From assembly GCF_032191835.1 (NCBI RefSeq), contig NC_083223.1, positions 250,666,001 through 250,730,000 on the forward strand: DNA of 64,000 nt, given 5' to 3'. Position numbers and translations under genes: made by a program. Of the stretch, positions 1 to 13,400 are shown in pieces (positions within the stretch are counted from its first letter, which is position 1; each line of letters begins with the position of its first letter). Under the pieces are notes generated by a model, which made no database searches, had not been told where the DNA came from, and was given only the letters and a program-made list of their open reading frames with translations. The stretch is from Heteronotia binoei. Taxonomy: Eukaryota.

Positions 1-578
1 AGCAAGGTGCCAGGGATCTGCTTGCTGTGACTATCTTCTGTTGCTTCACTGGATTGAATAATGTTCCAAATACTGGAAGTGAGCTTCTAAGTTACACAGA
101 ATCCTTTGTAAGGTGTAACTGTAAATTTTCCTTTTAAGGACAAAGGATACTGCATACCCAGGCAAACGCAGACTCGGTAAAGATTGCAGTACTTAGAAAG
201 AATAGAGCACAGAATGTTATTGTGCCAATACCAGCCTAAGAAGACAGCATCTTCTTTTTGATTTTTGTACTGTATAATGTGCACGTGCTGAAGAACTCTG
301 TAACTCCAAAGCTAACTTTTGCCACTTTGAATTTATCAGTTTGCATGGATTCCTCCTCCCTTCTAATGATAGCCTGGCCACAGAGAGGCTATTTGTGGTA
401 ACTTGGCAGCTATTTAGCACATGTCCAAGCTATTATAATATCTCATGTGTCAAGACTAGACCTTGACATGGCTATAGAGATCACATTCTGGGGCAGGAAT
501 CAAGGATCAGAATATCTGGTCTCCCATCTCTGTACCCCGGTGCTAATCTCAGATGTCATTTTCCTTGCTGTTCCCCAG

Positions 579-2624
579 ACATAGCCCAAGTCATTGCTTT
601 CCAAGGTCCTGTAACAGCGCTCATCAATATCAAGTCACTTCAGGTAGGTGTCTGATGGAGGTGGAGAGAAACCCATCCCTTCTTCCCCTCTCCTTGGCCT
701 ATGCCAGGGGTGGCCAATGGTAGCTCTCCAGATGTTTTTTGCCTACAACTCCCATCAGCCCCAGCCAGCATGGCCAATGGCTGGGGCTGATGGGAGTTAC
801 AGGCAAAAAACATCTGGAGAGCTACCGTTGGCCACCCCTGGCCTACACCACCTCCAAGACAAAAAACTGCCCCTGCTTCCAGAACACCTCCTGTCCCTTT
901 CTGATCAGTTTGTGTTCTCTGTCTGCCAGCACTACCGAAAAGGCATCATCCGGAGACCTTCTCAGGATTGCAGCCCCCAAGATCTGGAACATGTTGTGCT
1001 CATTGTGGGTTATGGTGAAGGTGAGGCATTCATTGATGGGGTTATGGGAAAGCTGGAGCAAATACCATCAGCAGTGCTTTTTAACACTGAGTGTGGTGGG
1101 GCAAAGGACAGGAGCCATAAGCTAGGGAAAATGGGTGGCTGATAGCCTCTCCAGGCTTACAGTTGACCTCATCAACTAGTTTTGAGATGGACTAGACAAG
1201 TTAATAGAGCAGCCCTGTGGTGCAGAGTGGTAAAGCTGCAGTACTGCAGTCCTAACCTCTGCTCACGACCTGAGTTCGATTTCGGTGAAAGCTGGATTCA
1301 GGAAGCTGGCTCAAGGGTGACTCAGCCTTCCATCCTTCTGAGGTCGGTAAAATGAGTACCCAGCTTGCTGGGGGGAAAGGCTAGATGACTGGGGAAGGCA
1401 ATGGCAAACCACCCCGTAAAAAGTCTGCCATGAAAACATGATGCATGATGTGATGTCATCCCCGAGTCGGAAATGACTGGTGCTTTACCTTTACCTTTTT
1501 AGACAAGCTAATGGAAGAAAATAGATCTGAACAACTATTAGACATGATAGCAGAATAGAGCCCTCATATTCAGTAGCACTGTGCCTCTTAATAGCAATTG
1601 TGTAGGGACAATATGGGGGAGGCTGAGGTCTTGATACTAAATGTCCAAGTAGCTTGAAAACTGAATGCTCCATGGATTAAACTACTCTTAACAGCTTGGT
1701 TAAATAAAGCAATTTAAATGAACCTCTGAAAGTCTGACAGTGCAAAACATGCAAGGGAGTGAGTTTTACAATCTTGGGCTACTATGAACAGACAGGACTA
1801 CTTCTCTGTGTAGTAACCCATATGACAACTAAGTTCCTCTGACTATTGTCTTCTAGTTAGGGTTAGGAGATCAGCCTCTGCAAAACTGCCAGCTTTTCTT
1901 CAGTGGCTGTTCTATGGAATAGCTTTCCACTGCACTGAGATCTTCACAATGTATGCATGGATTAGGTAAAATTAATAGATTAGTCCAAGATAGTTAAAAG
2001 GGATTGTCAGTGTTCAGAAGCAGTCTACCTCTAATGCTGTTGCTGTTAGTGGGAGCTTTCTGGAGAGATGTGGCTTGACTAGATGGGCCTCTTGTCTGAT
2101 CTAGGAAACACAAACTAACTTTATTGTTTACACTTCTGTGCAGTCAAAGCAAGGCGGGGATCCTGGTCTGGACCATACTGGATTATACAGAACTCATGGG
2201 GAGAAGGCTGGGGAGAAAAGGTATGCTAACCTCCAATAACTGAAGAGCACGAAGAGAAAAACCTGGGAGAACCCTCCACCAGTCTGCTTAAAGGAGGAAG
2301 ATGGGCCCATTCCTTGGACTTCTCAAAGGCTAATGAAGATACTGGGGAACCCCTGCCTTCTTCCAAACTTGAAGCAGGGCAGGGTGGGGAATAGAAAGAA
2401 GAGGAATGTGCAAAGGGGGCTTTTTGCAGAGATCTGCAAGGCATGGGTATTTGGCCGGTACCAGACACAATCCCCCATGCACTTTTTAATCCATGTTTTC
2501 TCTGCCTACCTAGGGGTATTTTCGGCTGCATCGAGGAACCAACACTTGTGGCATTGCCCAGTACCCAGTGACTGCAATTGTCTGGACTTCTGAGAAGAAA
2601 CTGCCTGTCTCGTGCCCTCCTTGA
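579..2624 (+). CDS. CTSW: Cathepsin W, 3' part (last four coding exons; 5' exons not found in the window)
   Basis: Exons 579-643 ([21 protein letters not shown]), 930-1020 ([30 protein letters not shown], catalytic His), 2144-2220 ([16 protein letters not shown], catalytic Asn) and 2514-2624 ([23 protein letters not shown]...VSCPP*). All boundaries are AG/GT with compatible phases. The C-terminal SCPP and GPxTxxINxKxLQ resemble CTSW rather than CTSF. Confidence 0.9.
705..840. mobile_element. Palindromic hAT-type MITE in a CTSW intron
   Basis: Terminal inverted repeats (TIRs) CAGGGGTGGCCAA...TTGGCCACCCCTG; almost the whole element is self-complementary; flanks GCCTATGC/GCCTACAC form a decayed 8-bp TSD. 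Confidence 0.8.
1206..1500 (+). mobile_element. Sauria SINE (Squam1-type)
   Basis: tRNA-like head, GACTCAGCCTTCCATCCTTCTGAGGTCGGTAAAATGAGTACCCAGCT core, BovB-like tail ending (TTTACC)n. Confidence 0.85.
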
Positions 2625-2780
2625 TGGCAGAACTGTATAAGATAAAGGAACCTCTCCAGCTCTGCAGGCTGGAGATTCAGTTTCCATACCAGCAGACATG
2701 TTACTAAGAATTAATGCCCCACACTCTCATTTCCCAACCACACGGTAGACAATAATACCATAAATCTGATTTACATTCTT

Positions 2781-2786
2781 AATAAA
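2781..2786 (+). terminator. Candidate polyadenylation signal of CTSW
   Basis: AATAAA about 157 nt after the CTSW stop codon. Confidence 0.55.
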
Positions 2787-3742
2787 ATCAATATTAGGAT
2801 TTCACAGCCTCTGAATTTCTTTATTTTTTTGCTGCAACAATCACAGCCATTCTTTGGAAAGTCATTTGAACAATCTGAGAATTATCTCCCTGTGTTCAGT
2901 GCAGCACATTTAAACACCAGGAGGATCAGCATTGCCAGCCATAGAAAGCCTCCCATCCCATCCCCAACTATCAGGCAGATGCTTGCCGAACAGACATATC
3001 TTGACAAGCAGAGAGAGTTAGCACCCGCTCATGAAGAGTGGTTAAAACTGTGAGTGGGGAATAGAAATTGCTTATTCACACCTCTGTGTTCCGTCAAAAG
3101 GTGTCAAAAAGAAACCACACAGCTGTGGAAAAAGTAAATGATAGGCTGTCCACCCCATCAACAGGAAGGGGCCCTCCCGGTATAGCTGCTCCTCCTCCTT
3201 CAACAGAAGTGGAACAGAACCAGAACAGTTCAAAATGGCTAAGATATCAAGGTTGCAATGCAGCATGCTATATCTGAACAAAGAGGGAGGAGAGACAGCG
3301 AGGAAACTTTGCCTGTTAACGGAAAATCTTAGCTGCAGGGCCAGCAAAAGCAGACCGAGGTGGGCTTGTTGTCAAAGCCCATGTCTTCTGAAGGGGCCTG
3401 TTGCCACCACTCCCAGCCCACTCAGCTGCCCATCTGCTGGTTCTGAGTCCTCCCACTACCACTTCCAGCTACATGCATTTTCCAACCCAGCATGAGAATG
3501 TTAAGAGTGCTGGAAAATGACCAAATGGGTAGGGGAAAAAAGGATGGATAGGCAGTGGGGGAACAGAAGGTGGGCAGGGAAGCCACACCGTCAAGCACAG
3601 GAACGAGGCTGCCCAAGGCCCACCAAAAGCCCCACCAAGGCCCACCCTGCTAAGCTGTGTCCTATATGAGGAAGAGGCAAGCCAAGGGTGGGGCTTAACC
3701 TGAGCTGGGCCTCAGCTTTAGGGTGCAGGGCGGAACATGTGA

Positions 3743-3818
3743 TATTTATTTTATTATATTTATATCCTGCCCTGAGCCCATCAGGGGAGGGTGGGATATA
3801 AATATAATAAAATAAATA
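3743..3818. repeat. AT-rich hairpin with AATAAA on both strands
   Basis: 31-bp arms 3743-3773 and 3788-3818 with two G.U wobbles and a 14-nt loop. Confidence 0.85.
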
Positions 3819-4469
3819 AATGATACAATAGCAAGGGCAGCAAGGGCCATTTCTCCTCCACATCTGCAGGATTCACAAATCACCATGTAGCAGGAAAGGC
3901 TTCAGGGATAGAAGCATTTTTTTAGGGGTGGCTCAGTCTGAAGCTGGTAGAGTGCATTCTTTGCACACACAAGACTCAGGTTTAAGCTCTGGCCTGTAGT
4001 GTCTGTACCAGGAAAACTTATTTGGGTGGCTGCCAGTCAGAGGAGACAAGACAGGGTTGGGTGGGTGAGCCAACAAAGTGACTCAGTGGGATGGCTTTGT
4101 ACATTCCTGTTCATACACATTTCCTGTGGGCTAGTAACTCAGCCACAAACACCTCCACGGATTGCCTGCAGATACAGAGACCCAATTCAAAGAGCGATAT
4201 GATTCACCGGGCTACTTGGAACACTGGCCTCACTACCAAAGGGTCCTCCAAACCTGGGAAGGAAGCTGCCTAGTTTGGAGATGGACCTCTCTTGTGACAT
4301 CTTCCTGGGAACAAGGAATCGCATTCTCTTTGTCTAGAGATGAGAGATACCTCATAAAATGCCCCATCCCAGAACAGACGGAGGTAAAGGGTGTTCTACG
4401 TCCACTCCAGAAAGGAGCCTACAGGCTAAAACTGCTCTCTTTGCAACTTTTTGGCATCACCCTAGCTGT

Positions 4470-7400
4470 TCACGCGGCTGCCAGGCCTTCACTGATAGGC
4501 ATATTGATGTGTGCCATGAGCAATGGGACACTCTCTCCCTCCCGCAGCACGAACACCTGCAAGGCAAAGGAAGACAGCATAGGTGAGACAGCAATGCCCC
4601 TGCCTTTTTTAAAAAGCCACCCAGGATGTTTGGGATACGACCACTTGGAGGGCAGGATGCCAACTGGAAGATGGTGGAAAGGCTCTTCTTCTGGGATAAG
4701 AATTATGTTTCTAAAAGAAGTTGAATGTGCCCCCGAGGATCAAGGCTTGGGGCAGGAGGGAGAGAGTAAAGAGGCAGGAAAAAAACAAGGCATAGGCACC
4801 AACCTTAATAATATCGGCGATCCCTTTGTCACTTCGGCACTCCACAAAGGTTTCCAGGGGGTAATTCAGGCCAGGGACCAACATAGGAGCCTGAAGGGAG
4901 GAAGAAGATTAAGAGCTTCCAGTGGAGCAGGCAGAAGTGGAGTGGTGAAGTAAAAAGATATCTGCAGACTGCAGGGCAGAGGGTGGCAAAATGGAGAACA
5001 TACCCAAAGAGAAACCCCTTCACAACACTGGAAGGGGACAATCCCTCATGGGTACACTGAAAATGCAGTGGTTCCAGGTCACATTGGTTGCTGTATGCAA
5101 AGTTTGTTGATGCCAAAGACATGTTTTAATAGCAATATTTTGAATGACAGCCTTGCATAAGGAAAACCCACAGGAACAGAGCGGGAGGAACAAAGAGTTA
5201 CCTTGAAGAAGGGATGTGCCATGTAGTAAAGGCTTTCATCGTATAGGAAGCTGATGAGAAGGTTGATGGCTGGGCGGGTGGATGATGTGGTCTGTAGGTG
5301 AAGGGTCAGCTTGAAGGTGGGACCAATGCCCTGGACCTGTACAGGAGGAGTGGATGTTAGGTGGAAATGCTGGAACTGAGTTGCTAAGGACCAAACTTGA
5401 TACAACAGCATCCTTGTGGCCACCATGAAGATTCCACTGCCATTTAAAAATGCCACTATTGCCCAATCTTCATTGTGAGGTGTAGGGTGGCCATTTTGAC
5501 ACGTAAGGTGTTGGCGGGGGGGAGGATACAAGAGTGCTCACCAGGATCACATCCTCGCAACATTTTTTAAAAGCCTTTGAAATGCTGGTGGTGATGTCCT
5601 CGCAGCAGCCACAACGTGCCATCCTATCTAGTTTGGCTCTGGTCATCTCAGGGAGAGGGGCACGGAACAGCAGACTAGCAAAGCTTCCATGAGCCTCATC
5701 AGGAGGAAAGTGCTCTGAACATCTGCAACAAGCCCTAAAACTGAATTCATAGCTGAAATATGATGAAACCAGCCAGGGAAGTCACTGCCACCCCCAAACA
5801 GCTCTGAAATGTATATATAGAAGTGGTCTCTCCTACTTTTTGCAGCAACGTCCTGATTCTCACTGGCACATCCCCAATTTTTTCCTCTGTGGATTTGCTT
5901 TTCTAGTATGTCTGATGGCTTCTAGAGACCATTTTGGTTCCTACTACATTAACCAGTTAAGCCACTATCTTTTCTAAGGAGTGCCACTGCTGAAAGGAAC
6001 TGTGCCTTCCTCTCAACCATTCCTAGTTGTAGAACAAATCTTCCAAGTTCCATCACACCTTACAGAACAGACAAGCCTCCTCCTACAGCCTTGCTGTATA
6101 TGCAAAATTGCAACATGGAAAATTGAGTCCATTTGCAAGAAGGGCAGGCTAGAAATCAAATAAAAGAAATCAAATAAATCAAATCCATTTGGGATGGTAC
6201 TGAGAAGTCTCAGAAACCCCTGGCATTCCCCCTTTGCCTTGCCCCTACCCCCAGATACATAAGCACCCAGGGTTCCATGGAAATAATGACTACCACTCAG
6301 TTTTTAGATACTGTCTTAGAAGGTGTCCCTTCCTCATCTTACAGTAAACCCCCAGCAACCCATCATCCCATTGTGTCTTCGCAAGAGAGTCAATCCAGAG
6401 CAGGACCAATGTGGACCACGGCCTTTGTGCCTGTCTCCCTTCTTTCTGCTCACCACGGCATTCATCTTGAGTGGCTCCTGCAGGGTGTCTGTGATGGGAG
6501 TCAGGCTGGACTCCAGGGCCTGGGCGTAGGTGCGTGTGGCCAGGAGGCGGATGCGGCTCAGCTCCATCTGAAACACCTGATACATGGCTGGAGAGGGAAG
6601 GAAAGAGGCAGGCATGAACACCCATTTTTCAGATTTACTTCATTTATATCACACTTTTCCTCAATGGGCTCCAAATGCCTGACAACATTCCCCCTCTTCT
6701 ATCCACACAACCAGGGCTTTTTTTGTAGCAGGAACTCCTTTGCATATTAGGCCACACACCCCTGATGTAGCGAATCTTCCTGGAGTTTACAGAAGGCCCT
6801 ATAAGAAGAGCCCTGTAAGCTCTTGGAAGATTGGCTACATCAGGGCCTAATATGCAAAGGAGTTCCTGCTACAAAAAAATCCTTGCCCACAACCACCATC
6901 CTGTGAGGTTGGCTGAGTGTGTCTGACTAGCCCAGGGTCACCCAGTGAGCTTCCACAGCAGTGTGGGGATTCAAACCTGCATCTCCAAGATCTCAGTCCA
7001 ACATTCTAACCACTATGCCACTCTGGCTGTCACATTCTCTGTGGAGGATCAGGAGTCAGATGTTTAACATCTAGACTTTGAGAATGGACACCTGGGTCTG
7101 CCTGTGCTTGCTGACACTTTTCTGGATTTGTAAAACACTCTGGTGGTAGCTGTTAGCCACTAGGAGTGCAGCCATCTGGGAAGGTGTCCACATCAAACAA
7201 CCATCACTAAGTTCGGAGTGCTTTCAATCACATCTCGTTTTCAGGTGGCCATGCTGGCTTGACTGCAGTGCCAAAGCACTTGGGATATATTTCATGCAAA
7301 CAGCTTCCTACACAATTTGTATTCTTCACAAAAGTCTTGCTTCCTTTAGTGGGCTTCTTGCCTCTATGACTACATAGACTATAAAAATTGGGGTTTTTTT

Positions 7401-10400
7401 TAAAAAGAAGAACAGTTGAGACCTCCAGGATTCTACAACAGATTGAAGTACAAAGATCAAAGTACAAAGCAGGGAAGCCTCCCATGATCCAAAACAGTAA
7501 AGAGTTAGTTTAAGACTAACAAATTTTACTGTAGCATTATCTTTTGAGGAACACAGCTCTCTTTGTCAGATGCATCTGATGAAGACTGCTGTGCTTCTCA
7601 ATAGCTTATGCTATACTGGACTCTTTACTGTTTTGCAGCAACAGACTTACCTGGCTGACTCCTCTGGATCTCTCTCTTGATACAGAGAGGTAGGCAACCG
7701 GGGGCCCAGCTAAGAGATTGTGTGCCTCAGCCCTGAGGTGGGCCAGCTGGCCCATTGAGGGGGCCAGGCAGAGAAAGCTACACCCCTCCCCACTCACCCA
7801 CGCTGCACTCCCGCTCTCTCAGCGTCTGGTCCACATACAGTTTTGTCTTCTTGGGCACATTGAGCTTGATGCTCTGGGCAATGGGGGCCCCTACAGATGC
7901 ATCGCCTCCATCAAACACAGCAGTCCGCTTTAAGATCTTGATGATCAAACTCCCACCTAGGAGAAGGGGGTAAAAGACATGGGTAAGTTAGTCCAGCGGG
8001 TTATAAAATCCTCCTCCAGTGCTACATCATTTCTCAGATGGGTTTTTAAAAAATAATTTCTAAAGCATTTCTTGCCTGCTTTTCCTTCAGCAACATTAGC
8101 TCTCAAGGAGGGGTAATGATAAACCACAAGAGCAGCCAAAGCGCAGAGAATACAAACAAAAAATAAAACAGTTGGGAAGAAGCAGCTAGCTTAAAAATTC
8201 ATGGAAAAATTAATAAAACAGCAACGAATCCATAAAACTGCAGTTACCCAATAAAGCAACTAACAGGGTCACAGCAGCTATAGACAATATTCTATTTACA
8301 GCAGATGAGCACAATCTCAAAATTCTAATAGCCAAAAAACAAAACCTTCAGAAGCTGCAGCAACTTCCAAAAAACCATGCATGAGTGACATATGGTAAAC
8401 TTTCTGGCACTGATAAACTTTCTGATACTGGTCCTAGCTTTTCATATGTACATCCACAAGACAAAGAGGTTTTCACCGTCTTTTTTTAATTAAAAAAGAG
8501 AAACACAACAGCCTTCACCACTAGGTATAAGTATGCCTGTGAGTACAAGATGCTGGAGGCAGAGTGTGGAGCTATGTAGGGATATTACATCAGTGGGATC
8601 TGGCTGCCTACTGTTGGGAGACAGAATGCTGGGCTAGATGGGCTGATCTGACAAGACGTGCTCTCTGTTCTTACCTTTGGTTGTCATAACAAGGGTGTTA
8701 TCCTCCCGCCCATAGCGCCCAAAACAGATACTGGTGACCACATCCTAGAAGCAGGAAACAGAAGAGAAAGTTTTGTGGGTGGAGGCAGAGGCCGTATTTC
8801 CTCCTCTCCTCCAATTCCAGGCTCCTCTGCTGACATCCTCCTACTTGCCTCTGCCCTTTCTGACTCCTCCTCCTGATCAACAAGCCACCTCCATTGCCAC
8901 CATGACACTTTCTCCTGTGCTATTTTTCACTCACTTCAGCATGGGCAAGCTATGTGGCTTTCTCCCCCCCCCCCCCTTGGCCCCCTTGTCCCTATTCCTT
9001 GCTAGGGTTCTGCCATGCCATTCTCTGGCCTGCAGCAGCCTCCTCTCCTACAGCTGAGAATGACCATGGCTCTTGAACTGGCTGCCTACAGGGACAACAG
9101 GCAAGGGAGTCCACCACCAGTCTCCTTGGAAAGGAGGGGATTCAGGCAGATCAGCCACACCCAAGCTGGTCAGAGGATACTCCTTCAGTCAGTTTCTGTG
9201 CCAAGACAGCTATAGGAGATGCTGATCTTTGCTAACTAAGGTCCATCCTTGGCTTAACAGGATACACTTCTGATGGTTGCAGATGGCAGGAGTCCCAGTT
9301 CTCAAGTTGCCCTGCTTTAATTCCCTAAGCAAAACCCTTTCCATCTCAATGGGCAACAAGCAGCAGCCCCGGATCTGAGAAACACACCCCCAAGCTTTAG
9401 AACTTGCCTTCCTCTCCACATTGCAATCTAAACAGTTCCCATTACAATCCAAATGCTTGTTCCACATATTCTATCACATCATACCTGCGTTCGGATGACA
9501 TTCACAAGGCTCTTGTCCTGGTACAAGTGTACTTCCATGTTGGCTAAAGCCACTAGCACTGCCTGGAAACCCCGAGATTTCTGGTCCATCAGGCTCACAG
9601 TCATTGGTATTGCTGGCAGTGAGATGATCCAGAGCTTCTTTCCCTGTCAGGAGAATATACCACTACGAACATCTAGGCACTGCTGCTTTGAGCTGCTCCT
9701 CAACTGAATTCCCTTCCAGTAAAGGACCAACATTCCTTTTCATAGAGTTGGAAGGGGCCCCCAGGGTCATCTAGTCCAACCCCCTGCCCAATGCAGAAAA
9801 TTCACAAGTACTTCCCCCTAAGTTCACAAGATCAGCATTGCTGTCAGATGGCCATCTAGCTTTTTAAAAACCTTCTGAGGAAGCCTGCTCCACTGAGGAA
9901 CCGCTCTAACGGTCAGGAAGTTCTTCCTAATATTGAGCCAGAAACTCTTTTGATTTAATTTCAGCCCATTGGTTCTGGTTTTACCTTCTGGGGCAACAGA
10001 AAACAATTCTGCACCATCTTCTATATGACAGTCCTTCAAGTACTTGAAGAAGGTGATCATATCACTCTCAGCCGCTTCCTTTCTAAGCTAAACATACCCA
10101 GCTCCTTCAACCTTTCTTCATAGGTCTCCAGATCCCTCACCATCGTCATTGTCCTCCTCTGGATCCATTCCAGCTTGTCTACATCCATCTTAAAATGTGG
10201 TGCCCAAAACTGAACACAATACTCAAGGTGAGGTCTTAACAGAGCAGAGCGATACCATCACTTTAGGTGACCTGGACACTATCTTTCTGTTAAGACAGTT
10301 CAAAATAGCATTTGCCTTTTTAGTCACTGCATCACACTGTTGACTGATGTTCAGCGTATGGTCCACCAAGACCCTTAGATTCTTTTCACACATACTACTG

Positions 10401-13400
10401 CCAAGACAAGTCTCTCCCATCCTATAATGATGCATTGGATTTTTCCTATTGAAATGCAGAACTTTACATTTACCCCTGTTAAAATTCATTTTATTGGTTT
10501 TAGCCCAGTTTTCCAGCCTGCCAAGATCATCCTGTTTCTGTCTTCTACTGTATTTGCAACACCTCCCAATTTAGTATCATCTGCAAATGTAATAAGCATT
10601 CCTTCTATTCCTTCATCCTGATTTTAACCAGGATGTTCCCTTCCCTTTACTGCAAAACAGCAAAAGCACCACCTGCAGGTGAAAAAGGGAATATCAGAAG
10701 CAAAAGAAGGAAAGACCTCAAGAATCCAGGAGGGGGGGGGGGGATCAAAGCACAGTTCACACAACACAACTGTATCCCCTATTATAACAACAAACTTTGC
10801 ATTTAAAATGACATCATAAACATTGGATTAAATATATTGACACCAACGATGTTAACATGCGAATACACATAGCACAAATTTCCAGGTTAAAATCTTCATA
10901 TCAATCCTTCCTCAGTTTATCAATTAAAGAGATAACCTTCAGGATATTCTTCCATTACAGCAATATTTTTAATGAACAAATCAAGCTGAACAGCCTGTTT
11001 GAAATACTGGAAAAGAAAAACATGCTGCCCCTCACCTAGAAAAAATTACTTTATTACTAACGAGTGAGGCAATTGTATTGTGTGAACTGTAGGTTGGCCA
11101 TGTTTCCTCCTGGAAAAAGAAACACCTCCACAGTATGTACTTCAGCTTGTCTGGAGACTTCTAATGCCCCTTGAAATTAGGTTTCCTGGTCTCAGTTAAA
11201 CCCCAGCACATCTACTGCTGGCAACTTGGGAGAGGCAAACCAACTAAGCCCTACACGCCAATAATTCACCCCTCTCCTCTTGCACACAACAGCCCCCTCC
11301 AACCTTCTGTGTATATCCTTGCAGCGTCTGGTCGGAACAGGCAGCCACAATGTTCTTTTGGACCCGAACCAAACCCACAGGCTGAGAGCTCAGTTCAATG
11401 CAGTACTTGGGCTTCTTGGAATCTCTGCACAGAAGACAAAATGTGATGGATCAGCACAGGCACTCATTGGCATTCTGACCTGCATCCCACCAAAAAAGTA
11501 ATTCTAGGGGAAAACTGGTCTTGTTGCTTCTGTTGGAAAATTCAAAATGGCTTCCTATCCCAACTAGTACCGCACAAAATCCATCAGGATGCACTCTGAC
11601 ATAAGCTTCTTATGAGACAGCCAAAGTGGCCTAGTGGTTAGACTATCAGACTAGCATCTGGGTTCAAATCCCATTTCTGCCATGGAAACGCAATCTCACA
11701 CACTCTCATCCTATCCTACCTCACTGGGGGGTTGTTGTAATGATAAAATGGAGGGCAGAAGGATGTTGTAAGCTGCTTTGTGCCCCAATGGATGAAAAAG
11801 TGGAGTACAAATTTGAAATGAACAGGAATCGTACAACGCAGCTATTGCAAAGGAGACTGTCCTGATACATTATGGCCTATGTGTTGGCTTGGTCTGTCTT
11901 GTGTTTAAAAGCAGCTGCCTAAAATGGCTTCACATTGCCTTACTAAGGATGTCTGAGCTCTGAGGCCAGGCTTAAAGGGGTCTTCAGGCCTTTGCTGTTC
12001 ATCAAAGGCAGCTTCACACAGACTGCTTTACCTATACAGAAAGCACTGCTGCCTTTAAAAAAGTGCACCATGGAGACAGATTGTCAATGTTGTGCTTTTT
12101 TCGGTAATGCTGTTACACTCTCTGAGCATCCTTTTTGCTAGTCTCTCTCCTTCAAGCCTGTAACTAGGCAAATTCAGAGTCTTGCAAGTCTTGCCTTGGA
12201 GCTGTATGCAGAAAAACGGAAGCAAACTGGTAGAAGAGTAGGTAGGAGTGGGACAACCAAACTAGCTGAATTATAACTGAAAACGCTTTTCTGGCACAGC
12301 TGATGTTCAGAGAGAAACCAACTCAGTCAAGCATTAACAGTTTTTGGGCCATTGTTTAGGCTATTTAAAGTCAACCAAGCTGCTTTTAGGCACCCTGCTC
12401 AGTTGTCTTGCTCCATTGCTTCCAAACAAAGAATCTTCATTGACATCAGTGTTTAGTAAATTAAGTAATAAACTACTTTGCCTTTCTCTAACTTGTGGTC
12501 ACTAAGAACCCAACACAACTCTGCCCTGCCATAGCCTTCTCTCTTACTTTCCTTTCTTTCAAGAAATTCCTAGATCCCAGGTATACCTCCACCACATCCC
12601 CAACCAACGGGATGGCTCACCTTTGACTTCATCAATCACCCCCCCCCCCTTCCTGGACAAAGCCTGAGAAAATCAATTTTTTCTCCACCTATTATCATTT
12701 TGCCCCTCTATCAGAGTTAATTTCCCCCTACTTGCATGTGCCAAGTAACTGGATCTCAGCCTTGTTGCTACATACCCTGGATCTCAACTCTCTTGCTCTA
12801 TCAGTTCTGCTATACGTGGCTGCTTGCAACTGGACCTTCCTTTTGATTCCTCCTGAGAACTCTTACTCAGCCATCCCACTGGACTCTCGCCAAGCCTCCC
12901 CACCTGCACAAAGCAGGCAATCTGGAGTTCCAGCTTCCACGACTTAATTCTGTTGGCCCATCAGATACTTGGAATCCAGACAGTTTCTCCATGCAGAAAT
13001 AGGAACGTAGTATACAGTGCAACCCTAAGGAGATTACACCCTTCTAAAGCCATTTAGAAGGATGTGAACAGCATTTAGGACTGCACTGATAACCATCTAC
13101 TTTCTCTGATACCCATATCCCTCTCTTCTCCGCTTCCCCACTAAACACTACTCTTGAATTTGCATGTTGCACAGAGTGTATGTGGGCACATTTAGTGCGG
13201 GCAGTGTGGCACTGGATGCCATATGCGTGCCTCATATTATGATGGCATAAATTTATTTTGGTATCTTGCTAAAAAAAAACTATCCCCATTTTTTTACTCC
13301 ACCCAGATCTTTTTCCCAGTCTTCAAGCTTGTTCTGGATCCTCATTTCTTTTGAGAGCCAGTTTGGTGTAGTGGTTACGTGTGCAGACTCCTATCTGGGA

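Noticed and set aside
648-1142. 164-aa ORF as a single-exon protease
   Set aside because: Only 930-1020 is a real CTSW exon; the rest is intron and a palindromic MITE.
4162-4953. 263-aa ORF on +
   Set aside because: Antisense shadow of BBS1 exons 16-17 and the 3' UTR; no recognisable domain or splice support.
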